Positions 1-11,489 of a stretch of DNA of 34,338 nt are shown here, piece by piece. Origin of the DNA: Octopus bimaculoides (lineage: Eukaryota); NCBI RefSeq assembly GCF_001194135.2, contig NC_068987.1:37846609-37880946 (forward strand). The letters are read 5' to 3'. The notes beneath the pieces were generated by a model. The model did no database searches and was not told the DNA's origin. It was given only the letters and a program-made list of their open reading frames with translations. The stretch's first letter is position 1. Each line of letters starts with the position of its first letter. The translations under genes and the position numbers were made by a program.

Positions 1-30
<30 letters not shown>
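1..30. repeat. (AT)n microsatellite
   Basis: Direct reading. Confidence 0.95.
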
Positions 31-32
<2 letters not shown>

Positions 33-215
33 GAAATTTATAGAAAAACAATAGACGAAGTCAGGTCTATGAACAACAACCAGGTGTATTAGTTTGACGC
101 TCGAGAAAATGAAAAAGTCTCTTACGTTTCGAGCCTACGCTCTTCAACAGAAAGAAAGAAGGGAAAATAAACAGAGAGAGAATGAGAGAAAAAATCTCGT
201 AGATTTAGTGGTCAA
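31..215 (-). mobile_element. Short Penelope-like terminal-repeat (pLTR) remnant with a hammerhead-like motif, abutting (AT)n
   Basis: Minus strand reads TCTTT-CTGTTGA-A-GAGC-GTAG-GCTC-GAAACGT-A-AGAGA, the layout of PLE minimal hammerheads. Family assignment is inference. Confidence 0.5.
118..155 (-). ncRNA. Variant minimal type I hammerhead-like motif (CUGUUGA core)
   Basis: Stem I UCUUU/AGAGA, stem II GAGC/GCUC, GAAA, ACGU palindrome, GUA triplet; A6 replaced by U. Confidence 0.45.
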
Positions 216-217
216 GT

Positions 218-380
218 ACGGGCTTCTTTCAGTTTCCTTCAACCAAATCCACTCACAAGGCATTGGTCAGCCAGAGGCTAGAGCAGAAGACGCTTGCCTA
301 AGGTACCACACAGTGGGACTTAACCCGGAACCATGTGGTTGGTTAGCAAGTTTCTTACCACACGGCCACGCCTGCACCTA
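218..380 (-). mobile_element. SINE family A, 5' half
   Basis: Diverged reverse complement of the 5' part of the copy at 22389-22808 (...GGTTCCGGGTTAAGTCCCACTGTGTGG...GTGAGTGGATTTGG...GAAAGAAGCCCGT). Confidence 0.85.
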
Positions 381-539
381 TATGTCTATATATTCATATG
401 TGTATGTCACTGTATTCGTAATTATTTCTTACTGTGTCTACATTGATATGTATGAGCAAATCTATCCATTTATCTCTGAGTATATTTGTTTCTAAGTCCA
501 TATCTATCCACTTATGATTTTAGACAGAAATTTCTGTAT

Positions 540-859
540 GTCAACCTACATGTGAGTATGTATATAATTATATAATTATATATAATTAAATATATATATG
601 TTAAACTATACGTATATGTATATGTGAATAGGAGTGTGTATACACACACACGCAGAAAGACACACACACACACGCACAAAGACACACACACATATATATT
701 CATATCTATACGTACATATATTCTAATATACCACGCACACACACAAACACACACACACACACATATATACTCACATATATATACTCACATCCATACGTAC
801 ATATACTTGTATTCTAACATACACACACACGCACACATATACACGTATGTTTGTATTTA

Positions 860-930
<71 letters not shown>
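540..930. repeat. Compound (TA)/(CA)/(GT)n/(GA)n microsatellite tract
   Basis: Direct reading; pure (GT)n ~862-908 then (GA)n to ~930. Confidence 0.9.
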
Positions 931-1213
931 GTAGGTTTGGGGTTTCAAAAATGCACCTGAGCCTAAAAACGTGAGCTAAATTTTAAATTCTTTAACAGAT
1001 TTATTAGTATATTAAACCAGTTCCGACAATATTTTGCTTTTCAATGATAAATCAAAAAAAAAAAAAGTTTAGGAGAGATTGAAGTTACAGAGGAAATTCG
1101 GAATAACTTGCTTAAAAGATCAAATGTTCATACAAATTGAAATATTCAATAAGTTACACACTGCTAGACAGTAAGACAAATTCAAATATTCGATGAATTT
1201 CATATGATTAAAG

Positions 1214-1498
1214 CAGGGGTTTTCAAACTTTTTGACTTGCGGACCCCTTTATATTTCAGGCTTTACCTTACAAACGCCTATGAAATTTATACATAAATAT
1301 TTGCTTAAAATAACATATATTTTTACATTTATTTATTTAATAGTATTTAACAAATAGGTTTATTGTCAATTAAAAGATTTCGATTAAAAAACATATATAA
1401 AATCAAATTGCCCATAAAAAGTATTTGCTGCCCACGGACCCCCTGTCTTGTCCTTGCAGACCCCCTGTGGTCAGCGGACCACAGTTTGAAAACCCCTG
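1214..1498. mobile_element. hAT (Buster/Charlie-like) MITE, 285 bp
   Basis: Perfect 15-bp TIRs CAGGGGTTTTCAAAC / GTTTGAAAACCCCTG; 8-bp TSD GATTAAAG / GGTTAAAG (7/8, nnnTAnnn pattern). Confidence 0.88.
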
Positions 1499-2876
1499 GG
1501 TTAAAGGACCCGTGGCATTCAGTAGTCTTAACAATTAGATACCAAGAAGTTTTTAAAAGAGTAAGAAAAAATAGACAGGAGGATTCTTCGTCGCTGGTGT
1601 TGCCGGTGACAGTTTGAACTGTCTTAAGCTAAAATTGCTTTGTATATAACGTTTTATAAGGTCAGGGTTCAAGTTATGATTGGATATACATTTAATGACG
1701 TCACTTGATTTTGTCCATCTAGTATTTTAACTGGCTGACTCTCTGAATATGTCACTTGTTTTTCGGATGTTCTGGTCACATATCATTGCGGGAAATTGAT
1801 TACAAAATCACAAAATTTGGCACCAATGACTACTTGAATACATCGTGGCAACAAGTCTGTAGTTCAGGTTTTCTCAAATGTAGTCTTTAGCTCTTGACGA
1901 TTTCCGGGACACAAATATCTATGGGATCCAGGTTAGTGAAAGGAATATATTTATGTGATAATCATCAGCCATCAATTATTAGTTTCCACTGCGATAATGT
2001 GTATGTGAGGAAATCTTTTGGTCCAGCACTTGCAAATGGCGTGACACTCCAAACCTGAAAATAACGTTAGGCTTCTAATCAACTGTGGTCGCAAAAATTG
2101 GAAGAAGGGTGGAAAAGCACAGAATCCGAGCTGTTTTTATTCATATCCATTCGTTTTACCCTTATTCTCTTTTTCCTTCAGAAAAAATTAAAGAAAGAAT
2201 AAAATGGACGAAAGGAAAAATGGAGAGGAGTTGAAGAAAAACATTTCTCTCATTTATGTTTTATTTCATATTGTGTGTATGTATGTGTAAGTGTGTGTAT
2301 TTGTGTGTGCGCATGTATGTATGTTTTTAAGAATGTGAGTGTACAAGCATATGGAGATATGTGAATATTTGTATGTGTATTTGTATGTGTATATAGCATT
2401 TTGTGGTACATTCTCTGTATTTCTGGATGTTATTCATAAAACTTTCCCCCACCTCTCACCAGTACCCACCCACACACTACCTATTATCAGTCAACCACCC
2501 AGCCCTTCCTACCCACCCAGCCCCAAAAACAACAACAAACAATAAAAGTGTCAGTTTATTCCTGGTTTTCTCATTTCGGGTGGATTGGTTGGTGATAGTG
2601 TACAGGGGTGAGTGGGGGTGAAAGGTGATGGGAGGAGTAAGTGTGGGGAGTTTTGGGAGGAGATGGAGTTGTGGAAGGTGAGGAGAGGTGGAGGTAGGAA
2701 GAGAACGTGTGGGAGTGTTGGGAGAAAGAGGTGTAGAAGTGTTGGGAGGTGGAGGTGTTGCGAGGCGGCGGTGTAAACATACTTTAATTCATCAAAACGC
2801 TGAATAACATATTTTGTTACACCATCCTCAACTGAACCCCATCCACATTTTCCCTTCCACTACACTACTCTGCCGT

Positions 2877-3030
2877 ACAGAAAATTTCACTACTGGGCAC
2901 TGCACTTTCAATACAGTAACCCTAAGAGTATCACAGCAAACCACAGCACGTACCCAAGGCACACAGAGCAGCGCTCAGTAGTGAAGTGAAAGCACGTTTT
3001 AAAACTAAAACTACTGAATAATAATAATAG
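2877..3030 (+). mobile_element. R4/Dong-like LINE 3' terminus, internally deleted, ending in (AAT)n
   Basis: Aligns by eye with 9366-9523 (CAGAAAATT.CACTACTGGGCACTGCAC...GTAGTGAAGTGAAAG). Confidence 0.8.
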
Positions 3031-3289
3031 CAATGAATCATATATTTCTCTTGCAGCGGAGCTCAGTTTAATGGAATGGTGACCAGCTCAGAATAGCTCG
3101 TTTAAACTTTAAGTGTAGAGGGGCATCCTTTGATTCTTTTGAAGCAAACCTCTATATAGACGGTGTCTCGATAAAAATACTGGTAGTCGTGATATCTTAA
3201 AACTACTTTCCTCAGTATGAGAGTAGTGGATAAAAGAATTAATCAAACAAAGGCGTAAATGAGGATGGAACTACAGATAATGGATTCTT

Positions 3290-5750
3290 GCCCGGCAGAT
3301 GTCCTGTGGATGAGCAGCACAGGCCCGGTTATAATTATATTACAACAGGATGATCTGAAGCGATGTAAGGCGATCTAAGGCGATGAATATATTGGAATGT
3401 TATTTTTTGAGCAGACCCTTTGATGGTGAAAGGAAGCCCATTAGAGGAAAGAGAACGCATGACATTTGGATGGAGGCGCAGAGCTTGAATGTAACGGAAC
3501 AGAGATTGTATGAGCAGGCAAAGATTATAAGGAGGAACAGGTGGCTAATAGCATTAATCGAAGGAATTAAGATCGGAAAGAAATGGAGTGAAACAAAATA
3601 ATATAAAGATAATTGAAATGGTGATCAAAGATTCTAAACTGGAAATGTACAGGTTTGGATTGGATACAAGTGTACTGACTGAAAAATTTTCCGGCATTAC
3701 ACGAAAGAATTTCTGTGCAAATGGATGAGCTTGAGATTAAGAAAAGGGTGAAAATTGGAAGCATAGTGAATGAAGATGAAATAGGTGCAGAGAATGTTGA
3801 TAAGGTCATATTGAATGAAGGTGATCAGGAAAATGATGTTGGTTTAAGTTTTGAAAATGTAGAGCGATGAGAACAGAGAAATGATCAAAGACATTACAAT
3901 AATCAGGGAGAGAAAATCTACATGCTGAAGTGAATGTATTGGAGAAAGTGGATAGAATTTTGCTCAGTGGGTGGAAGGAAAGTAGCTCTTAGCTAAACCG
4001 TATAAAAAGGAAATGTAGCGAAGGAGTCTTGGTGGAAAAGGATGAAGCAATCAATAAACGAACTGTGAAAGTATTCTGGAAAGAAATAAACAATGGAAGA
4101 TCAGGAAGAAGGAGAAATAGTAGGAACTAGAACTTAGAGATAGGGTCAAGAATAATGGACTAAATGTAGTCCTTGAAGAATAGAAACAAGGACTGCAGGC
4201 TTAAACTATAAAAATGAAGTGACATGATCAAGGAATTGAACAATATAAGATCAACAGATTGTTCAAACAGGATCAGAAAAGGGTCTATCAGTAGCTTAAC
4301 AGAAAAGTTAACAGCATTGAAAAACCGGACGCTGAAGGATGTCGGAGGTTTTGGAGTGGCGTCTGGGATAACGGGAAAAATCCTTAAGACAGGTGTTGTG
4401 TAGTTGAAGGAATTAAGATCGGAGGAAAATGGAGTGAAACAAAATAATATCAGGATAACAACTGAAATGGTGATCAAAGATTCTAAACTGGAATTGTCCA
4501 GGTTTGGATTGGGTGCAAAAGTACTGGCTGAAAATTTTTTCGGCAGTACACGAAAGAATTTCTGTTTAAATGGATGAAATGATCAACAACGGGGGTGAAA
4601 CCACATGGATGACCACAGGGAAAACGGTTCTTTGCGAAAAGGACTCTGGAAAGGTAATAGAGTGGATAATAACCGGCCAATCTCCTGTCTTCCCCTGGTG
4701 TGGAAGTTGATGACTGGAATAATATCTAAATTTGTGTACGATTTCCTTGAAACAAGAGAGGAAAAACCGAAGTACAAAAGATCAACTTTTGACGGACAGA
4801 ATGGTGTTCAATGGTTGTAAGAAAAGACTGGGCATGGTGTGAATCGATTATAAGAAAGCTTATAACATGGTCCCTCACTCTTAGACTTTAGAAAACCTTG
4901 AGATGATACAGATGTCTGATAACATTCTGAATTTTATCAGATCAATAAAGAACTGAAATGTTAACATTGTGGTTAACAGCAGAAGAGGCGTATTTCATAG
5001 AGAGACTCTATCACCATTGATGTTTGTAATTTGTATGATTCACCTCATGGAGATGTTATGCGAAGTGTCATCAAGGTACATCTTGAAAAGTGAAGAAAAG
5101 TTGAATCACATGGGGGATTTAAAGAACTTCGGCAGGAGTGAGCGTGAAATAAGTGTTTTGATTTCAACAGTATTTCAGTAGTGCAGATATTCAGTAAGGG
5201 TATCGGGATGAAATTTGGGATTAATAATTGTGGTGTGCTATAAGGAAAATAAAAAAAGGAAAATAATCTCATCTGATGGCGTAGAACTGTCAAACGGTGA
5301 GAGACTTAAGGATGTTGAGGTGGATGGATACAAGTACCTGGGTATTTTGGAGTAAGACAAAATCAAAAAGAGTGAGATAAAGGAAAGCTTTGGGGGATAA
5401 TACCCCAGGAGAACCATGTTAATTACGAAGAGCAGACTAAATGGAAAGAACAAGATCAGGGCAATGAATACATGGACCGTTTTCTTTATGCGATACGGCA
5501 CAGGTGTTGTCAGGTGGACAAAGAACGATCTTGAGGAAATGGATAGAAAAATCAGGAAAGTGATAACAATGAACAAGGAACAGTACCCCCAAAAGCGATG
5601 CCGATAGATTGTATGTGTCTAGAAACAAGGAAGGAAGAGGCCCATAGGATGCAACATCTGTGTTGTCAATGAGGAAAATAGTCTGGGATAGAACATCAAA
5701 TAGTAGATTGAACCTTTGGTTGTTGTTGTTTGAAACAGCAAAATGATACA
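3290..5750 (+). mobile_element. Degenerate R4/Dong-clade non-LTR retrotransposon (N-terminus plus RT)
   Basis: Disrupted frames give [53 protein letters not shown] (decayed RGIFQGDSLSP), LNHMGDLK, LNGKNKIRAMNTW, DRLYVSR; many stops and frameshifts. Confidence 0.85.
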
Positions 5751-5796
5751 TAATGAATCATGTTATCCTCATCGGAAGATTTTTCTGATGCAATTG

Positions 5797-6007
5797 TTCT
5801 TCATGCTATAGGCACAAAAACTAAAATATTTTAGGAGAGGAGCCTAGTCGATTACGTCGACGCCGGTGCTCAACTGTTACTTCTTTTATAGACCTCGGAA
5901 TGATGAAAAGCGGCCTCGATGGAATATGAAAAGATAACGTAAAGACGGCCGAAATGCCGCTAAGCATTTTGCCCGTAGTGCTGACTATTCTGCCAACCCG
6001 CAGCCTT
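5797..6007 (-). mobile_element. SINE family B, diverged
   Basis: Reverse complement matches 12941-13157 (GGCAGAAT...GCTTAGCGG...TTTACGTT...GTCGAC..AATCGACT...TTGTGCCTA). Confidence 0.75.
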
Positions 6008-6017
6008 CTTCTGATAT

Positions 6018-6026
6018 AACAACAGC

Positions 6027-6080
<54 letters not shown>

Positions 6081-6095
6081 AATAATAATAATAAT

Positions 6096-6129
<34 letters not shown>
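6018..6129. repeat. (AAC)n(AAT)n microsatellite
   Basis: Direct reading. Confidence 0.95.
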
Positions 6130-6131
<2 letters not shown>

Positions 6132-6229
6132 CGAGATAGATCTGTTAGCCTTAAGAAGCTACGTCACGAGAGCTCGGAGACGGTGTTGTCTCAAAAATTA
6201 GCCCTAAACAGACAGATCCGTCCCCTAGC

Positions 6230-7072
6230 NNNNNNNNNNNNNNNNNNNNNNNNNNNNNNNNNNNNNNNNNNNNNNNNNNNNNNNNNNNNNNNNNNNNNNN
6301 NNNNNNNNNNNNNNNNNNNNNNNNNNNNNNNNNNNNNNNNNNNNNNNNNNNNNNNNNNNNNNNNNNNNNNNNNNNNNNNNNNNNNNNNNNNNNNNNNNNN
6401 NNNNNNNNNNNNNNNNNNNNNNNNNNNNNNNNNNNNNNNNNNNNNNNNNNNNNNNNNNNNNNNNNNNNNNNNNNNNNNNNNNNNNNNNNNNNNNNNNNNN
6501 NNNNNNNNNNNNNNNNNNNNNNNNNNNNNNNNNNNNNNNNNNNNNNNNNNNNNNNNNNNNNNNNNNNNNNNNNNNNNNNNNNNNNNNNNNNNNNNNNNNN
6601 NNNNNNNNNNNNNNNNNNNNNNNNNNNNNNNNNNNNNNNNNNNNNNNNNNNNNNNNNNNNNNNNNNNNNNNNNNNNNNNNNNNNNNNNNNNNNNNNNNNN
6701 NNNNNNNNNNNNNNNNNNNNNNNNNNNNNNNNNNNNNNNNNNNNNNNNNNNNNNNNNNNNNNNNNNNNNNNNNNNNNNNNNNNNNNNNNNNNNNNNNNNN
6801 NNNNNNNNNNNNNNNNNNNNNNNNNNNNNNNNNNNNNNNNNNNNNNNNNNNNNNNNNNNNNNNNNNNNNNNNNNNNNNNNNNNNNNNNNNNNNNNNNNNN
6901 NNNNNNNNNNNNNNNNNNNNNNNNNNNNNNNNNNNNNNNNNNNNNNNNNNNNNNNNNNNNNNNNNNNNNNNNNNNNNNNNNNNNNNNNNNNNNNNNNNNN
7001 NNNNNNNNNNNNNNNNNNNNNNNNNNNNNNNNNNNNNNNNNNNNNNNNNNNNNNNNNNNNNNNNNNNNNNNN
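6230..7072. other. Assembly gap (others: 7583-7682, 17450-17555, 20574-20683, 27762-28154, 29215-29477, 32811-33319)
   Basis: Runs of N; ORFs spanning them are artefacts. Confidence 1.
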
Positions 7073-7582
7073 ATGTAACTGATAGGCAAAGTGAAATACT
7101 CTCTGAACCAACCATAAACACTAAGGCAGGTGAAAATCAAATAGCTGAAGAAAGTCATACAGAAATCGACGCAACAGAACTACATGATCTAAAATATCAA
7201 ATCATGATTGAATGGCTGAAAATTAAAGAAACCAGTATGAATGAACGCGACACTCTCCCAAAAATTCGCAATTCTAACCAAAACCTGAAAATAATTGGTA
7301 AAATCCGTCTTGCACTTAAGGATATAATTTCAGCTAATGATGTTGATATTACAGATCTCATCTAACCGCAAAAATCTCAACGGTTCTATGTGGTGAAAAG
7401 ATTAGAAAACGACAACACTCTCACAAAAAGCCTTCTTGGCAAGAGCGCATTCAACTCCAAATTAAGCTATTTAGATCTGACATAGAATGTTTGAAAAACC
7501 TTAAATTTGACAAGAGTGTCAAACCTACAAACACCCAAAAACTAAAGAAAAAATATAATATGAAAACCATAGTTGACATTGA
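7073..7582 (+). mobile_element. R4/Dong-like LINE N-terminal ORF fragment
   Basis: Translates to EWLKIKETSMNERDTLPKI...KPSWQERIQLQIKLFRSDI...KLKKKYNM, resembling the pre-RT region of Dong/R4 ORFs (recalled); probably starts near 6131 before the gap. Confidence 0.6.
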
Positions 7583-7738
7583 NNNNNNNNNNNNNNNNNN
7601 NNNNNNNNNNNNNNNNNNNNNNNNNNNNNNNNNNNNNNNNNNNNNNNNNNNNNNNNNNNNNNNNNNNNNNNNNNNNNNNNNNATAATAATAATAATAATA
7701 ATAATAATATGCCCGGATGCAGTACCAGGCAGCGAATC

Positions 7739-8291
7739 ATGCCCTGATGCAGTACCAGGCAGTGAATCTCATGGCTTCTGATCTTAATTGATTGGAAGTG
7801 TTATCATGTACATTGTTTTGTCTTGGTATAAAAGATGGGCTACAGCAAATATTCTGCTTAATACCACAGATCTGTTTCTAAGTTGTTTGACCTTAACTAG
7901 ATGAGCATGTCCCTTGGTGGCTGATGATATGTGCATCTCTGATCATGAGCAGAAGTAGTGGGGGAGCATCATAGCCATGTGTTGAGAGGAATTTTCTGTG
8001 GGTTTGAATAATTCACCATTGAAAACATGTTTTGCTCAACATCCTTAAACAACTCTTATTCAGGGACCTTTTGAGCGGGATGGGCTACTCGACCTGAAGA
8101 AAATTTTAACTAGGCCCCACCTGCGAGGTCATGCGCTGTTAATCTTGATATGAGATCACCATGTCGCGCACATATGATTGTGATGCATGTGCCTGGTGTA
8201 CCCTTATCAGACGGGTAGTCATGATGGGTATACTGGGCTTCGTATATTTTACCCTAGTGTCACTTTGATGGTATGCCCTGCTCTCTCACTC
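7739..8291. repeat. ~550-bp non-coding interspersed repeat, copy 1
   Basis: Colinear with 8312-8836 and 10668-10947; bounded by (AAT)n. Confidence 0.85.
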
Positions 8292-8311
8292 AATAATAAT
8301 AATAATAATAA

Positions 8312-8836
8312 ATACCCTGATGCAGTACCAAGCAGAAGCTGCCTTGATGGCTTCTCATCTTAACTGATTGGAAGTATTATCATGTATATTATTTTGTCTA
8401 GGTATGAAAGAAGGGCTAAAGCAAATATGCTGCTCAGTTAGTTGTTTGACTTTAACTAGTTGAGCATGTCCCTTAGTGGCTGGCAATATGTGCATCTCTG
8501 ATCACGAGCAGAAGTAGTAAGGGAGCATCGTAGTCCTGTGTTGAGAGGAATTCTTTGGGGTTTGAATAATTCACCTTTGGAAATATGGGTGTTTCATTCA
8601 GCATCCTTAAACAACCCTTTTTCAGAGACCATTTGAGAGGGGGGCTACTGGACCTGACGAAAATACTAACTGGTCCCAACCTGCAAGGTCAAGTGCTGTT
8701 TATTTTGATATGAGATTACCATTTGGCGAACATATGGTTGTGTTGCTTGTGCCTGGTGTACACTTATAAGATGGGTATGCTGAGCTTCGTATATTTTACT
8801 CGTGTCACTTTGATGGCATGAACTTCACTCTCATTC
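8312..8836. repeat. ~550-bp non-coding interspersed repeat, copy 2 (tandem)
   Basis: Head-to-tail with copy 1, separated by a short (AAT)n. Confidence 0.85.
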
Positions 8837-8842
8837 AATGAA

Positions 8843-8920
<78 letters not shown>

Positions 8921-8969
8921 AAGAAGAAGAAGAAGAAGAAGAAGAAGAAGAAGAAGAAGAAGAAGAAGA
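8843..8969. repeat. (AAT)n(AAG)n microsatellite
   Basis: Direct reading. Confidence 0.95.
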
Positions 8970-8970
8970 T

Positions 8971-9165
8971 AAGATCCCAGGAGAAACAGGTCTCAGAGAA
9001 ATCCAAAAGATTGTACTGACAAGTACTGACCATATCCTTAGAAGAACCCTATCCTTTAAATGTCTGTGTTGTTTTACATGAAGATATTTTGCTACTGCCC
9101 CTCCCCATGCATTCAGTCATACTCAGCAAGTGACTGTAACAAGCATTCAGATTATAAGAAAATAA
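8971..9165 (+). mobile_element. R4/Dong-like LINE 3' end (second subfamily)
   Basis: KIPGETGLREIQKIVLTSTDHILRRTLS, equivalent to the QKIALLGTAHILRKTLS C-terminus; followed by (AAT)n. Confidence 0.7.
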
Positions 9166-9215
9166 TAATAATAATAATAATAATAGTAATAATAATAATA
9201 ATAAATAAATAAATA

Positions 9216-9520
9216 AAATACAAAGACCTGGAAATAGAGGTAACTCGGATGTTGAATCTAAAAACAGAAACAATTCCTATCATAGTAGGTGCCTTAGGTA
9301 TAATAAAAAAAATATTCAGACAAATACATAACAAAAACACCAGGACTTACAAATATATATAACTTACAGAAAATTGCACTACTGGGCACTGCACACATCC
9401 TACGCAAAACACTTTCAATACAGTAACCATAAAAGCATCACAGCAAACCACAGCACATACCCAAAGCGCACAGAGCTGCGCTCGGTAGTGAAGTGAAAGA
9501 ACGTTATAAAAATAAAAATA

Positions 9521-9523
<3 letters not shown>
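9216..9523 (+). mobile_element. R4/Dong-like LINE 3' end (REL endonuclease C-terminus plus 3' UTR)
   Basis: KYKDLEIEVTRMLNLKTETIPIIVGALGIIKK...YNLQKIALLGTAHILRKTLSIQ*; then (AAT)n 9523-9580. Confidence 0.88.
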
Positions 9524-9580
<57 letters not shown>

Positions 9581-10460
9581 TTTCAAAAAATGACCAACAA
9601 CTACAGGGCTTAATTTTCAAAAAAATGGCCAACAACTACAGGGCTTGCTAGCGATTGTTAAACATTTCAGTGATGACATCAGGATGCAATTTGACCTCGA
9701 TAAATGTGCAAAAGCTACCTTTATCAAAGGGAAAATGACAGAAACATTAATCTTGACCAACAGAAAATTATAAAGGAATTACAACCAGCGGAGAGCTACA
9801 AATACTTAGGGGTATTTGAAGAGGACGGAATCAAAAGAGGACGGAATCAAAACAGGCAAAAGAATATCTAAGTGAATTCCAAATACAAATTTCAGTATTA
9901 GACGTACTAGAAACAAGCACAGAAAAGTCTAAGCGTATGAAAACTCGTGCTAAAACTGCTGCCTTAGATATTCTTACTGACAAATGGCAAGAAAAACCTC
10001 TCAATAGCAAATACCGAAAGAGAGCTAATAGTGCTGATGTTGACAAAGCCCTTACCCATCAATGGTTAGTGGCTTCTGGCTTAAAATCAGAGAGAGAAGG
10101 GTTTATCATAGCAGCCCAAGATCAATGCCTACCTACAAGAAACTACCAGGCCAACATATTAAAGAACGGCAGCTGCCCAAGATGTCGTGTACATCAACAA
10201 CAGAATGAAACCATTGATCATGTCTCCATGTGCAGTTTTCTTGCGCGTACAGAGTATCTCAACAGGCATGAGAGAGCAGTACAATATATTCACCGGGTAA
10301 TTTGAAAGAACATGGACCTGACCCATAATAAATACTGCTGGGAGCACAAACCATCTCCAGTGATTGAAAATGATCAGATCTCATTCCTCTGGAACTTCAC
10401 CATTCAAACTGATAGAAAGATAAATATGAATAGGACAGATATTATATTGAAAGACTTCAG
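9581..10460 (+). mobile_element. R4/Dong-like LINE fragment: RT end, CCHC knuckle, start of REL domain
   Basis: FSDDIRMQFDLDKCAK, YKYLG, EGFIIAAQDQCLPTRNY, CPRCR...ETIDHVSMC, RHERAVQYIH, LWNFTIQTDRKINMNRTDIILKD. Confidence 0.9.
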
Positions 10461-10480
10461 ACAACAGCAATAACAACAAC

Positions 10481-10555
<75 letters not shown>

Positions 10556-10655
10556 AAGAAGAAGAAGAAGAAGAAGAAGAAGAAGAAGAAGAAGAAGAAG
10601 AAGAAGAAGAAGAAGAAGAAGAAGAAGAAGAAGAAGAATCACAATAATAATAATG
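10461..10655. repeat. (AAC)/(AAT)n(AAG)n microsatellite
   Basis: Direct reading. Confidence 0.95.
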
Positions 10656-10667
10656 ATATGAAGTACT

Positions 10668-10947
10668 ATGCCCTGATTCAGTACCAGGCCGTAGTTTTCA
10701 TTGCTTCTCATCTTAACTGATTGGAAGTTTTATCATGTACATTGTTTTTTCTTGGTATAAAAGACGGGCTAAAGCAAATATTCTACTCAATACCACAGAT
10801 TTGCTTGTCAGTCGTTTGACCTTAACTAGTTGAGTATGTGGCTGACAATATGTGCATTTCTGATCACGAGCAAAATTTGTTGGGGGAACATCATAGCCAT
10901 GCGATGAGATAAATTCTTTGAAGTTTGGATAATTCACCTCTGGAAAC
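10668..10947. repeat. ~550-bp non-coding repeat, copy 3 (partial)
   Basis: Matches the first ~290 bp of 7739-8291. Confidence 0.8.
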
Positions 10948-10982
10948 TTAGGTAAATAATCGGCATAATCCAACCAAGTAAT

Positions 10983-11432
10983 AATAATTGTATCCAAGGT
11001 AGAATTTCCATATCTGCATAAATATCGCCTTACTTGTGTTGATAGGAGCATATAAATCGAAAGATACCTTTATAGTCACATGAAATAATACATGTATATT
11101 TTTGTCAGTAAAGTTCATGTCATGCTCTGATTATCATGTAGTGAGCAGGTATATGAAGTGTTAATGTACTGAATAGTATATGTGTACGTATTGTAGATAA
11201 GATATGTATTCATATACAATTCAATACATTAACACTTCATGTACCCTCTCACTATTGAGTAAGAGTATGATTTTGACAATCAGAGCATGATATGAACTTT
11301 ACAAACACAAAAAAATATACACTCGTTATTTCATATATCCATAAAGATATCTTTCGATTTATATGTTCCTTTCAACACAAATAAGCCGCTATTTATGCCG
11401 ATATGGAAAAGTCTACCTCGGATACAATTATT
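10983..11432. mobile_element. Foldback/MITE-like element with ~200-bp imperfect inverted arms
   Basis: AATAATTGTATCCAAGGTAG...ATGAAGTGTTAATGTACTGAATAGTATATG (to ~11182) is the reverse complement of ~11211-11432 apart from indels; no clear TSD. Confidence 0.75.
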
Positions 11433-11489
11433 GCATACGTAGATATTTTAACCTATTTTCAAATATGTGTAAAATAATATGGTGGGGCA

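Noticed and set aside
94-974. ORFs with HT/CV/YI/LL/II runs here and throughout the track
   Set aside because: Translations of microsatellites and SINE bodies; no domain content.
1690-2110. Coding-looking minus-strand stretch (FQVWSVTPFASAGPKDFLTYTLSQWKLII...KYIPFTNL)
   Set aside because: Several stops and no motif I can assign reliably; probably a TE relic, needs tBLASTx.
2446-2770. C-rich tract followed by G-rich tract (possible G-quadruplex or loose foldback)
   Set aside because: Low complexity, long irregular loops and no alignable arms.
6151-7158. Long ORFs of ~300 aa here and at 27669-28253, 29160-29568 and 32560-33468
   Set aside because: They read through N gaps; not real coding sequence.
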